NCBI GenBank assembly: GCA_948896235.1
Contig: CAQUUC010000004.1
Location: forward strand, 65,554 to 129,553
DNA from: an uncultured Clostridia bacterium
Lineage (GTDB): Bacteria; Bacillota; Clostridia; TANB77; CAG-508
Length of the DNA: 64,000 nucleotides
Reading direction: 5' to 3'
A program made the position numbers and the translations under genes. Position 1 is the stretch's first letter. Every line of letters begins with the position of its first letter. The notes under the pieces are model-generated. The model was not told the DNA's origin. It made no database searches and saw nothing but the letters and a program-made list of their open reading frames with translations. This document shows positions 1-11,500 of the stretch, piece after piece.

Positions 1-1534
1 ATAGCACAAAATATATCGGTAGAAAGTGTGCATATAATAAGTGAGCAAAATGATTTATTCCCAGGAGTAAATATAACAGAAATACCAGTTAGAGCATACA
101 CAAAAGGAAATTTAGCTTCACATATTTTAGGGTATACTTCAAAAATATCTGAAGATGAGTATAAAAATGAAAAAGAAAATGGATATACCTTAACAGATTA
201 TTATGGAAAATCTGGAATAGAAAGAATAGCAGAAAAATACTTAAAAGGAACTGACCGGAGTAAAACAGATTGATATGGCTGTAGATGGAACAATAACAGA
301 CGAATATATACGGTGAACCTGCGATCCAGCGGAGCAGATGTAATATTAACAATAGATGCTTCACTTCAAGAAGTAACAGAAAGGACACTTGCAAATAGTA
401 TAGAGAATATACGAAATGGAAAATATGGAACAGCATATGAAGCAACAGGTGGAGCAATGGTAGTGATGAATGTAAAAACGGGGGAGATACTTGCACTTGC
501 AAGTAATCCAGATTACGATCCATCAAAATTTACATTTGGAATAGATCCAGAAACTTGGGAGATATATAAAAATAGTAATATGAAAAATAGAGCTATAAGT
601 GAAATATATCCACCAGGTTCAACATACAAAATGGTAACAGCAGTAGCGGGACTTGAAACGGGAGCAATAGGTAAAACCACAAAAATAAATGATACAGGAC
701 GTTATACTTATTATAAAGATTATCAGCCAAGATGTTGGAAATCAGGACGGGCATGGATATTTAAATGTAACCTCTGCAATAGAGCGTTCATGTAACTACT
801 TTTTCTATGAAACAGGAAGAAGGATAGGAATAGACAACCTGGCAAAATATACTCGTCACTTTGGATTAGGTAAAAAAACAGGAATAGAACTACCAGGAGA
901 GTCAATAGGAAGGTTAAACGAAAGAAAAGAAGGAGAAACTTGGAATCCGGGAGATACAATACAAGCAGCAATAGGACAATTAAATAATCAATATACACCT
1001 ATACAAATGGCAAAATATACAAGTATGCTCGCAAATGGAGGAAAAAATGTAAAACCTACATTAATAAAATCAATACAAAAAGTAGACGGAGCAGAAATAC
1101 CAAAAGAAGAGTATGAAAAATACTTTAATACAAAATTAGGAATTACTACAGAAGAAGAGGATGGAATAACCATAAACCCAGACAATCTAAAAACAGTACT
1201 AGAAGGAATGAAAGATGTTACAAGTGAAACAGGAGGAACAGCTTATAGATATTTCAAAGACTTTAATATAACAGTAGGTGGAAAAACAGGTACAGCACAG
1301 GTAGGAAGACAAGTAGGAGATAAATATGAAATACTATATTCACATGCCTGGTTTGTTGGCTTTGCACCATTTGATAATCCAGAAATAGCAGTAGTAATTT
1401 TAGTAGAACGAGGAGGAGCCGGAGGATATACTGTTGAAGCGGCAAGAGATGTAATGGCAGAATATTTTGGAATGAACTCAAATAATATACAAGAAAATAC
1501 AAATGCAATACCATCTACAGAAGTACAAAACTAG
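1..1534 (+). pseudogene. mrdA: Class B penicillin-binding protein / PBP2-type transpeptidase; 5' end lies outside window; frame broken 4 times (extra C at 255/256, 311, 330, 748)
   Basis: ORFs 1..273, 313..795 and 689..1534 together spell a PBP dimerisation plus transpeptidase domain (LKGTD.., TIDASLQ, SNPDYDP, STYK, SCNYFFYE, KTGTAQ motifs). Deleting the C of each CGG rejoins the frames to give KGTDGVKQIDMAVDGTITDEYIGEPAIQGADVILTID and CWKSGGHGYLNV. Lies directly upstream of minC, as in mre-pbp-min clusters. Confidence 0.75.
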
Positions 1535-1553
1535 AAAGAAAGAAGGAAATATA

Positions 1554-2162
1554 ATGAGAAATTGTGTAAGTATCGTACTAGGAAAAGAGGAAATAACTTT
1601 AAAAATTAATCAAAAAGCAGAAGAAAAAGAGATAGAAGAATGTTTGAAAGCAAAAATAACAGAACTAAAAAAATTATATCAAAATGAGAAAACACCAATA
1701 TTTGTTACTGGAAAAGTTCTAAAAAACAAGGAAATGGACAAAATAAAACAAATAGTAAAAAAAGATATAGAAGTTGAAGTAGAGTTTGATAGTCCAAAAG
1801 TATTGGGATTACACGGAATAAAGAAAGCATTTGTTGAAGAGATAAAATCTTCCGAAACTAAATTTCATAAAGGATCTTTACGTTCTGGAATGAAATTAGA
1901 ATATGAAGGAAGTATAGTAGTACTAGGAGATGTAAATGCTGGTGCAGAAGTTATAGCAGGAGAGAATATAGTAGTTCTTGGAATTTTAAGAGGTATGGCA
2001 CATGCGGGAGCAAAAGGAAATAAAAAAGCAATGATAGCGTCAGCAAAAATAGAATCACCACAAATAAGAATAGCGAATATAGTAAAAGAGCTAGAAAAAA
2101 GTGAGGAAGAAGCAAGAAAAAACTATGCATATGTACAAGAAAATAAGATTGTATTAGAATAG
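1554..2162 (+). CDS. minC: Septum site-determining protein MinC
   Basis: C-terminal beta-helix motif GDVNAGAEVIAGENIVVLGILRGMAHAG typical of MinC. Start at ATG 1554 preceded by GAAGGA. Longer upstream M at 1503 lacks an RBS. Confidence 0.85.
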   Translation: MRNCVSIVLGKEEITLKINQKAEEKEIEECLKAKITELKKLYQNEKTPIFVTGKVLKNKEMDKIKQIVKKDIEVEVEFDSPKVLGLHGIKKAFVEEIKSSETKFHKGSLRSGMKLEYEGSIVVLGDVNAGAEVIAGENIVVLGILRGMAHAGAKGNKKAMIASAKIESPQIRIANIVKELEKSEEEARKNYAYVQENKIVLE

Positions 2163-2170
2163 ACAAAAGA

Positions 2171-2210
2171 AAAAGACTAGGAAAGCTTAGTGCTACTAGT
2201 CTTTTTATAT
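2171..2210 (+). terminator. Rho-independent terminator after minC
   Basis: Inverted repeat AAAAGACTAG ... CTAGTCTTTT followed by a T-run. Confidence 0.6.
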
Positions 2211-2260
2211 TGTTTACTTGAATTGCTTATCGACGTATTTTTTATGTGACTAATTACCAC

Positions 2261-2647
2261 CTAACTAAGTAACAACAAGATCAATGCAATAAATAATTCT
2301 TGATCTTTAACACCTTCATCATATAAAAACCAAATTAAACATATAAGTAAAATATCATCAAAATATAAATTGATTCCAAAAAGCTGAAACAATGGAGAAT
2401 CTGAACTTGAATTAGAATTGTTTTCTTTTTCTAGATCTTTTGTAAAATTAGTACATTTACTAGCTTTATTATCAAAATTTTTATAATATGAATTGTTTTT
2501 GTTAGGTATAGAAGTAGCGTTATGGAATACAGAACTTGAGTCCATATTAGAGTTTGATTTTCTATAGGAATAATATGGATATCTATATCCATATCTAGAA
2601 TATCTATTATAATAGGGCATACTAAAATAAGGAAGGTGAAACATCAT
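2261..2647 (-). CDS. Hypothetical Tyr-rich protein with C-terminal hydrophobic segment
   Basis: ORF with YYNRYSRYGYRYPYYSY N-terminal region. Start ATG overlaps stop of upstream gene (ATGATG/TGA coupling). Composition resembles spore-coat-type proteins, but no family was recognised. Confidence 0.45.
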   Translation of the reverse strand: MMFHLPYFSMPYYNRYSRYGYRYPYYSYRKSNSNMDSSSVFHNATSIPNKNNSYYKNFDNKASKCTNFTKDLEKENNSNSSSDSPLFQLFGINLYFDDILLICLIWFLYDEGVKDQELFIALILLLLS

Positions 2648-3159
2648 TTTGAATTCTCACCACCATCTTGGTTAAAAGCATCAATTACTTTAGTCATATT
2701 AAATAATTGCACGTATTGTTCTACTTTACTTTTTCTACTTTCCTTTAAGTATGGCTTTAAAGAAAGTAACAAATTTGAACGAGGATCATTCTTATTGGAA
2801 TTCATTTTATCCATTATAGATTTCATTTTAAGTAACATATTTATATCAAAATTCGGAATAGAATTAGTAGAACTATCAGTATTATTAAAATCATTAGAAT
2901 TAGAGGAATTATTAGAAGTAGTATTATTAGAATTACTAAACATATTCATAATATTTTTTAATATATCTGGGTTAATAGAATTATTATTGAAATTATTAGA
3001 GGTATTATTGTTATCAAAATTGTTGTTAAAATCACTATTATTAAACGTGCCACCATTAGAATTATTATTTTTCATATTATTCATCATATTTTTAATATCG
3101 TCTGGTATATTACCATTTTTCATAGCATTTGCTAAATTATTCATAAAATCAGAATCCAT
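2644..3159 (-). CDS. Hypothetical Asn-rich low-complexity protein
   Basis: 171 aa ORF with strong RBS (AGGAGGGTAG). Translationally coupled to the downstream Tyr-rich ORF. Possible sporulation-sigma-like -10 (CATATACTA) about 60 nt upstream. Confidence 0.45.
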   Translation of the reverse strand: MDSDFMNNLANAMKNGNIPDDIKNMMNNMKNNNSNGGTFNNSDFNNNFDNNNTSNNFNNNSINPDILKNIMNMFSNSNNTTSNNSSNSNDFNNTDSSTNSIPNFDINMLLKMKSIMDKMNSNKNDPRSNLLLSLKPYLKESRKSKVEQYVQLFNMTKVIDAFNQDGGENSK

Positions 3160-3575
3160 TTAAACTACCCTCCTTATATTATAGGGGTAAAAGTATGTAA
3201 GTTTTTTCATATATATAGTATATGCTATAAAATTAAAAATGTTACTAAGTTTTATAAAGTACCCAAAAGGTTACTATCCTAAGGGAATTGACAAGAAAAG
3301 AGTCTTTTTGTAATAAAAACTTAATATAAAATTAATAGATTCAAAAAAAACCTTAAAAGACGGTTATTTCCGTAAATAATTATAAGTAATATATATAAAA
3401 TAGTATAAAACATAATTCTTGAAAATTATTAAAAAAATAGTATTATAATATATAAATATATAAAAAAATAAAAATCACACAAAATTATGCAAAAGTACGA
3501 CAAAATATTATATATTTAGACACTATATGACAGCATAAGATATTTTACATAAAACCTTGCTTTTTTATCAAAAAT

Positions 3576-3603
3576 ACTTGAAAAAAAGCTTAAAAAAGCG
3601 TAT
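3576..3603 (+). promoter_or_regulatory. Putative sigma-A promoter for large surface protein gene
   Basis: TTGAAA, 16 nt spacer, TATAAT, about 45 nt upstream of the RBS AGGAGG of ORF 3649. Confidence 0.4.
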
Positions 3604-3648
3604 AATGAAAGGTAGCAGTGTAAAATAAATATAGGAGGAATTAAGAAG

Positions 3649-6600
3649 ATGAATCAAAAATTATTAAGCAAGATACTTGCAACAATGTTAGCAGTAGTTT
3701 TAACATTTACAAACTTTGTATTATTGGGTGTATATGCAACAAATTCATATGCAACAGGAGACTCACTAGAAAATCAAAAAATAGTATCAAACAATGAAAA
3801 TGTAAAGTTTGATGCTTATTTTAAGGATGAGAAAGGAAATAAAATACATACACAGACAAAGGATATAGATGAACATGTAAGATTATTTTTGGAAATACAA
3901 GTTGATAAAGGATACTTAAAAGATTCAAAAATAACAATGTTAGGTCAAGACGGTAAAGAAACAAACTTTAGAATAGCAAGTAAAGATCAAACACTTGATA
4001 TGGTAGAAAGCATTGATGCTGATAACAATAAGATTTCATTAAAGCAAATAAATAGTGGAACAAATGTAATTTTACAAATACCAATTGCTAGTACATATTC
4101 TGAATTATTTGATTTATCTAACTTTAGTAAAATAAATAATATAACATTAACTGGTTCATATATAGATAATAGTGGAAAACAAACTGGGATAGAAAAAACA
4201 ATAAGCATAAGAAATGAATGGGGAAAAGAAGCAAAAGCTATATTAGAACAAGAAACAAAAACATATATTCCATATGAAATTAGAGAGCAAACAGGTACAA
4301 TTTTACAAACCATATTAAGAACAGGAATAGAGAAAAATAGCTTACCAGTTAAACAAACTAAAATAACAGTGAAAGTTCCAGAAATTAATGGAGTAAAACC
4401 AGAAGAGGTAATTGTAACTGCAAATAACACTTATGCAACTAATAATCAAGGAGCAGACAAATTTAGCAAAGACAATTGGTCATATGATAAAGAAACAGGA
4501 ACAATAAGTATAGAAGTAAAAAATGAACCAACAGATAATAAAGTGGCTTGGAAGAAAAACGTTACAGATGAATATGTAATTACATACATATTTAAAGAAA
4601 TGGTTGAAGAAATACAAGCAGAACAAAAAGCAGATGTAGAAATTGAAAGCTATAATAATGTAACAGAAAAAGTAACAGTTAATAATACCTTAGCTATAAA
4701 AGAAAATGAAAATAAAGGAAACATAGTAACAACAAAGATTACATCAAATGATAAATTAAGTAAAGGTTATTTATATTCAAATTCACAAAACAAAATAGAA
4801 TATTTTGAAAACGTTAAATTAGATATTGGATATACAAAATTAATAGATAAAATAACAGTAAAAAATACTGCCGATAATTATATAAACTCTAAAGAAGAAG
4901 AAAATCCAACTACTGTTAATAATAAAAATTATGCTTATTATAAAACTACTACAATTAATAAAGAAAACTTTGAAAGAATATTAGGCAAAGATGGATATAT
5001 AAAAATAATAGGAAAAGATGGAGAAAGGTTAGCAACATTTACAAAAGATACTAGGGTAGATGAAGCAGGAAACTATACATATAATTATGTAAGTGAAATA
5101 AATGAAATAGAAATTGAAACATCAAAACCAATTAATGAAGGAACCTTAGAAATAAATCATATAAAAAGCTTAAAAGGAATAACAGATTATTCTAAAAAGC
5201 AAATAGAAGATTTTCAAAAATTACAATTAAAAACTGTAACAATAGTAGAGTATACAGATATAATAATAGAAAGATATGGCAAAACAAGAAATATTGAACT
5301 TACTAAACCAGCAACAAAGATAGAGGCATCAGTTAATAAAACTGATTTATCTACAATAGTAAAAAATGAAAATGTAGAATTTAGAGTAGCACTAAAAACA
5401 AATGATATAAGTTGTGACTTATATAAAAATCCAAGTTTAGATATAGTACTACCAAGTTATATAACAAAAGTAGATATAAAAGATGTAGATTTATTGTTTG
5501 ATAATGAACTAAAAATAAAAGAATATAGCCAATATGTAAATGGCAATGGAAATATTGTAATAAAAGTAACCTTACAAGGAGAACAAACATCATATAGTGA
5601 AAATGAAGTATCAAAAGGAGCAAATTTAGTAATAAATACAGATATTTTAGTAAAACAATTGTCACCAACAAAACAAGATGTAGTAAAAGTATATATTACA
5701 AACCAAAATGCAACATCTTATGAAAATACTGAAAATTCAAGAGGATATGTAGAAATGCCATTAAAAGCAGTTGCACCAACAGGTATAGTTACAACAAATA
5801 CAATTAATAGTGGAAATGAAATTGTAACAGTTTCAAATGGAGGAGAAGCATTTGTAAAATTAGATGCAAAATCAGCCTCAAAGCAAGCAACAGTTTCAGC
5901 AAACATAATAAATAACTATGAAAATAAAATAAACAATATAAGAATTTTAGGAACTTTACCAAAAGCAGGAAACGTAGATCCAGCTACAAGAAAGGATTTA
6001 GAATCTAATTTTGATACTAGTATAGTAGAGCCAATTAAATTAAATAATTTAAAAGGTAAAATATATTATAGTGAAAATCCAAAAGCAACTCAAGATATTA
6101 ATAATAAAGAAAATGGTTGGACTCAAAGTATAGAAAATATATCTAATGCAAAAGTATATTTAATAGATTTTGAAAATTATGAAATGCAAACAGGAGATAT
6201 GGTATCTTTAGAATACAAAGTACAAATACCTGCAAATCTAGAGTATGATAAAACAGCTTGTACAAACTATGTAGTATATTTTGATAATGTGAAAGAAAAA
6301 GAAACAATAAAAGATAAAGCTATAGCAACAAAAATTGGACTTACAACAGGAGAAGGACCTCATTTAGAAGTTGCAATTAGAAATGATATAGGAGCAAACA
6401 AAGAAGTACAAGAGGGACAAGTTATTACATATACTATATCTGTAAAAAACACAGGAAATACTACAGTTAATAATGTAACAGTAACAGGAAATATTCCAGA
6501 AGGAACAATATATACATATTATGATGGAATACCAAATACAGAAGATATAGTAACTCGAGAATATGATAGCAAGAAAAAAGAATATACTAAAAACCTTGAA

Positions 6601-8583
6601 AGATTACAACCAGGTGAAGTAAAAACTGTTGTATATCAAGTGGAAGCAAGTTCATTAAAGAATGAAACAGAAAAGAAAGTAGAAGTAAAAGCAATTGCTA
6701 AGGTGAAAAATTATGATGCAGAATTTACATCACAAACTGTAAATAATACAATTATACAAGGTTACTTGAAAACAGAATTTAAAATGCAACCTTCATATAT
6801 AGATAAAAAAGAAGGAGAAGAGTTCGATTATATACTAACAATAACAAATGTAAACGATACTGAGAAAAAAGATGTAGTAATTACAGATACTTTACCAGAA
6901 GGAATATCATTTATAAAAGCAACACAAAATGGAGTATATAACAAGGACACAAATACAGTGACATGGAATTTAGGAAATATGGCAGGGAAAGCAAGCCAAA
7001 CTATTGTATTAAGAGTAAAAATAAATGAATTACAACAAGGACAAAGTTTAAGAGAAGTAACAAATTCTATGAATATAAAAACAAGTGAAAAAGAATTGAA
7101 AACAAGTGAAATAGCATTTAAGATATTAAAACCAATACTTACAATTAAACAAAGTACATCTACTAATCAAAAAGTTGTTATAGGAGATACAATAGAATAT
7201 AATATTACCTTAAAAAATTTAGGGGAAATAGATGTACACAATGTAACAATAAAAGACTATTTACCAGATGGATTAAAATATAAAGGAGCAACATATATAG
7301 TAGACGGAAAAACATACGAATCATGGATTGGAAATATTGATGCAACAATTAATATTGATACAATAAAATCTAAAGAAACAGTAGATATAACTATAAGAGC
7401 TTTAGTAGATGATGTTGAAGAAAATAAAACAGAAAGAAAAATAACAAATACAGTAATATTAATGGCAGATGGTATGGCAGATACAGTATCAAATGAAGTA
7501 TCACATATTATAGTAGAAAAAGCAGTTACAGATGATCCATCAGTAGAAGAGCCAGTAACAGGAACCTACAAGATATCTGGAAAAGTATGGCTAGATTCTA
7601 ATAGAGATGGAAAAAGAGATGAGGATGAAACATCATTTGAAAATATTAAAGTAATGTTAGTTGATTCTAATACAGGAAAAATAGTAAAAGATTCAGTAAC
7701 TGGACTAAACAAAGAACAAAATACAAATGGAGATGGAATTTACACTTTTTCTAACTTAAAACCAGGAAAATATTTAGTAGTATTTTTCTATGATACAGAA
7801 AACTATATAGTAACAAAATATAAAGCAGATGGAGTAATAGACAGTAAAAACTCAGATGCAATATCTATGAATGTCACTCTAAATGGAAAAACTAGTAAAG
7901 CAGCAGTAGCAAATAGTATAGAAATACAAAATAGTGATGTTACAAATATAGATATGGGACTAATCACACAAGCAAAATTTGACTTAAAATTAGATAAAAC
8001 AGTATCTAAAATAATAGTAAACAATTCTAATGGAGCAAAAGAGTATAATTATAAAGATGCAAAATTTGCAAAAGTAGATATAAAAGATAAACTTGTTAAT
8101 GAAACTACAATAATTGTAGAATACAAAATTAAAGTAACAAACGAAGGTGAAGTAGCAGGATATGCTAAAAAAATTGTAGATTATATACCAAATGATATGA
8201 CATTTAAATCAGAGCTAAATGAAGAATGGTATATAGGAGAAAGTGGAAATGCTTATAATGCAAGCTTGGCAAATACATTAATAAATCCAGGAGAAACCAA
8301 AGAAGTTACCTTAGTATTAACTAAGAAAATGACAGATGACAATACAGGAACAATTAATAATGTAGCAGAAATATATGAAGCTTCAAACGATTATGGCTTA
8401 AAAGATGTAGATTCTATAGAAGCGAACAAAGTACAAGGAGAAGATGACTACTCACTTGCGGATGTTGTTATTGGTGTAAAAACTGGTGAAGTATATGCGT
8501 ATGTTGTAATAACACTAATTTCAATAACAATTTTAGGAATTGGAATATATTTTATAAACAAAAAAGTTTTAAGGAAAATGTAA
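3649..8583 (+). CDS. Giant secreted cell-surface protein (1644 aa) with DUF11-type repeat domains and SdrD/CnaB-like fold modules; C-terminal membrane anchor
   Basis: N-terminal signal peptide (MNQKLLSKILATMLAVVLTF...YATG). Repeated beta-rich modules (GDTIEYNITLKNLGEIDVHNVTIKDYLPDGL; GKVWLDSNRDGKRDEDE...GIYTFSNLKPGKY). C-terminal ..IGVKTGE plus hydrophobic helix plus KKVLRKM tail. Confidence 0.8.
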   Translation: MNQKLLSKILATMLAVVLTFTNFVLLGVYATNSYATGDSLENQKIVSNNENVKFDAYFKDEKGNKIHTQTKDIDEHVRLFLEIQVDKGYLKDSKITMLGQDGKETNFRIASKDQTLDMVESIDADNNKISLKQINSGTNVILQIPIASTYSELFDLSNFSKINNITLTGSYIDNSGKQTGIEKTISIRNEWGKEAKAILEQETKTYIPYEIREQTGTILQTILRTGIEKNSLPVKQTKITVKVPEINGVKPEEVIVTANNTYATNNQGADKFSKDNWSYDKETGTISIEVKNEPTDNKVAWKKNVTDEYVITYIFKEMVEEIQAEQKADVEIESYNNVTEKVTVNNTLAIKENENKGNIVTTKITSNDKLSKGYLYSNSQNKIEYFENVKLDIGYTKLIDKITVKNTADNYINSKEEENPTTVNNKNYAYYKTTTINKENFERILGKDGYIKIIGKDGERLATFTKDTRVDEAGNYTYNYVSEINEIEIETSKPINEGTLEINHIKSLKGITDYSKKQIEDFQKLQLKTVTIVEYTDIIIERYGKTRNIELTKPATKIEASVNKTDLSTIVKNENVEFRVALKTNDISCDLYKNPSLDIVLPSYITKVDIKDVDLLFDNELKIKEYSQYVNGNGNIVIKVTLQGEQTSYSENEVSKGANLVINTDILVKQLSPTKQDVVKVYITNQNATSYENTENSRGYVEMPLKAVAPTGIVTTNTINSGNEIVTVSNGGEAFVKLDAKSASKQATVSANIINNYENKINNIRILGTLPKAGNVDPATRKDLESNFDTSIVEPIKLNNLKGKIYYSENPKATQDINNKENGWTQSIENISNAKVYLIDFENYEMQTGDMVSLEYKVQIPANLEYDKTACTNYVVYFDNVKEKETIKDKAIATKIGLTTGEGPHLEVAIRNDIGANKEVQEGQVITYTISVKNTGNTTVNNVTVTGNIPEGTIYTYYDGIPNTEDIVTREYDSKKKEYTKNLERLQPGEVKTVVYQVEASSLKNETEKKVEVKAIAKVKNYDAEFTSQTVNNTIIQGYLKTEFKMQPSYIDKKEGEEFDYILTITNVNDTEKKDVVITDTLPEGISFIKATQNGVYNKDTNTVTWNLGNMAGKASQTIVLRVKINELQQGQSLREVTNSMNIKTSEKELKTSEIAFKILKPILTIKQSTSTNQKVVIGDTIEYNITLKNLGEIDVHNVTIKDYLPDGLKYKGATYIVDGKTYESWIGNIDATINIDTIKSKETVDITIRALVDDVEENKTERKITNTVILMADGMADTVSNEVSHIIVEKAVTDDPSVEEPVTGTYKISGKVWLDSNRDGKRDEDETSFENIKVMLVDSNTGKIVKDSVTGLNKEQNTNGDGIYTFSNLKPGKYLVVFFYDTENYIVTKYKADGVIDSKNSDAISMNVTLNGKTSKAAVANSIEIQNSDVTNIDMGLITQAKFDLKLDKTVSKIIVNNSNGAKEYNYKDAKFAKVDIKDKLVNETTIIVEYKIKVTNEGEVAGYAKKIVDYIPNDMTFKSELNEEWYIGESGNAYNASLANTLINPGETKEVTLVLTKKMTDDNTGTINNVAEIYEASNDYGLKDVDSIEANKVQGEDDYSLADVVIGVKTGEVYAYVVITLISITILGIGIYFINKKVLRKM

Positions 8584-8599
8584 GGAAGGAGGTAGTGAA

Positions 8600-11500
8600 A
8601 TGGAAAGTATAAAAAAATATAAAAAAATATTATTAGTATTGATATTTATATTATTGATATCAATATCAATGAAAGTTCAAGGATATGAATTTACAGCTAA
8701 AAATACTGCTAGAGGAACATTTAAGCCATATGCAGCAGATCCTGCTGGAAGTTGGACTTTTTATTGTGCGCAACATCATAACCCATATAGAGCAGATTTA
8801 CCTGCTGGATATGATGAAGGTGCAACCTATGGTGAATGGTGTGAAATATGTGGAGAAGATACGGCTAGTAAACCAACAGGGTTTGATACTGAAAAATATT
8901 CTATGAAGTATAATTGGACCTCAACTATAGACGAAAGATATTATCAAGACGCTGCATATGTTATAGCAACTGCATATGAAGAAGGAAAGATAACAGATCA
9001 ATCTACACAATATTCATTATGGAATACAGCTGTAAATACTGGTAAAGCTGATGATAATAAAGGGGTATATGGAAGAGAAGCAGTAGCATATAAAAATTTT
9101 TACAATGACATACATGTAGATAAAACTGATATATATAGTTCAAAAATTTATGATAAAACAACAATAAATGATGTTACTGTAGAGGTAGACCAAAACTCGA
9201 AAACATATATTGTAGGACCATTTACTATAGAATATCCAAATGGAGACTATGTTGAAGAAGGTACTTCTAGACAACAAAAATGGAGTTATATTACAAATAT
9301 TGAATTATTAAATCAAGATGGTAATGCAATTGGAAATGTGTTAAATAATACAATAGATATAATAGATGATTCAGGAAATGAACTAAGAGATACACTACAT
9401 AATAATAATTTCCCAAATAGTAATGTACCATTTTATGTTAGATTTTCTTCTACTTTAGGAGATATTAATCAGATGCGTTTAAGAGTTAATTTTCAATATT
9501 TAGAATCTTGCACAGCAACATTACAACAATATGATGGAGCAATGTATAGATGGGTTTGGAATGAAGTAGATAGTGGAAAAAGATGTGCATGGGGACATCC
9601 AACAAAAACATGGAAACTGTCTGTAACCAATGCTGGTACTCCACAAAGATTAGTTGCATGGCAGTATATTGAAAATAATATAAGAGCTAATGGAAGAGCT
9701 AGTAAAAATATTAAATATGCAAGCTTAATAGTAGCACCTCAAGGGATTGACTTAACAATGAAAATAAGTGGACAAGTATTTTTAGATAGAGATAATGGAA
9801 AAGTTAATACAGGAAACAACATAATGGATGGAAAAAATGAAGTATTACCAGGGGTTGAAGTTGTTCTATATGATGCTACTACAAATCAAGTAGTAACAAA
9901 AACAAATAGAACATCACAATATCATATACATAATAGTACATGTTATGAATTAAAACCATCAACTATTCTTGTTACAAATCCAGATCATCCATATCATATA
10001 GGAAATTGTGATGAAGGAGGACCTGGAACATGTTTTGAAACTCCAGCAAAACATGTGCATTCTGGAAGTCCAGAACCTGTAGCAATAGGAACGCATAGCC
10101 ATACAGATGCATGCTATAGCGAAGGACATACACATAATGATTTATGTTATGAAAAAAGAACTTATGGACAAGCACAGGATGGCTGTACCAGTGGGGATTA
10201 TGGTTGGCAAAACGGTGTAAAATGTCCACATGGATATACCTATGGTAAACATGAAACTAAAACATTGATATGTGGTAAAAATGAAACATCAAAAGAACTA
10301 ACTTGTGGATATGAAGAAGGAGAAATGATGTATTCTGGTAGTGGTTGCTATACTAAACCAGTTTATCATACGCACAAAGATACATGTTATACTGGCGGAG
10401 GAGAATGCGGAGGTAAAATTAGTGAATCTGAACCTTATCACTCAGGTTGTTTTGATAATGATGGAGATGGATTGTGCGATAGAGGTGGGCAAGCATGTGC
10501 AAATGCAGGAAATCCAGGTCACTGGGATACAACAAAAACTTGTAGCAAGTGTAGTAATCCAGTCGGCAATGCAGGCGAATCATGCAGAAATACATCTGGA
10601 ACACCTACTCTAACTTGTGGATTTAATGAAGGACAAGTTGAACGTTTTGACTTAAACTGTGGGTTTAGTGGTAGTGAAACATTTGGCTGGGAATTATCAT
10701 GTACTATACCAACATTAATAGGAAAAACTACTAATCAAAAGGTATTAACATGTGGTCAATCAGGAACAATAACAGGAAATACTTCTAAAACATTAGTAAA
10801 TCCAGTAATTACAAATGATAATGGATATTACGAATTTGCAGGATTAGATGCTATGAAGAAATACTATGTAAAATTTGTATACAATGGAATGCTTTATACA
10901 AATGTATTATACAATTCAAATAATGCAGATAACGTATCTAAAGCAGACGAAACTTCAAGATATGATTATAGAACACCTTTCAACAATAAATTTGCTGAAA
11001 TAGGTTCATATCCATCAAATTATACAATAGTAAAAAAGATATTTGATAATGAACATTTTAAAGATGGTAAAAATAAAGTATATTTACAAGAAGATATTGC
11101 AGATATATTTAAAAGAATATCAGAAAAAATGGTAAATACACATACAGGTGATTGCACAGCTGCAGCTCAAGCAGTATATCACGATTTAGAAGGAAGCTAT
11201 ACTAGCCAAGAAGAAAAAGTAGAATTACAAAGAAAGATACAATTTGCAGTAGATTGTAGAATTGAATCTCAGACAGTACGAAACTATCCATTGATAGAGC
11301 AATTTACAATAAGTACAGTGGGCAAAAAAATAGGTAATGTATTTTACCCACCAATATACTCAGGAACATACAATCAGCTACATGTAAACTTAGGTACTAA
11401 GGCAAGAACAACCTTTGATATGACACTATATAAAGATGTATTAAAAGCAGAAGTAAGTATAAACGGAAAAACTGAAACTTATAATTATGATTCAAGAAAA

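Noticed and set aside
1503-1553. Upstream Met (1503) as the minC start
   Set aside because: No SD precedes it and it overlaps the end of the PBP gene. ATG 1554 has GAAGGA and matches the MinC N-terminal length.
3987-4430. Antisense ORFs inside the giant surface protein and other long genes (also 5381..5671, 9972..10229, 12773..12976, 13111..13377, 56715..57016, 26321..26716 and others)
   Set aside because: They are embedded opposite to high-confidence genes, have no RBS, and their hydrophobic low-complexity composition is typical of AT-rich antisense frames.
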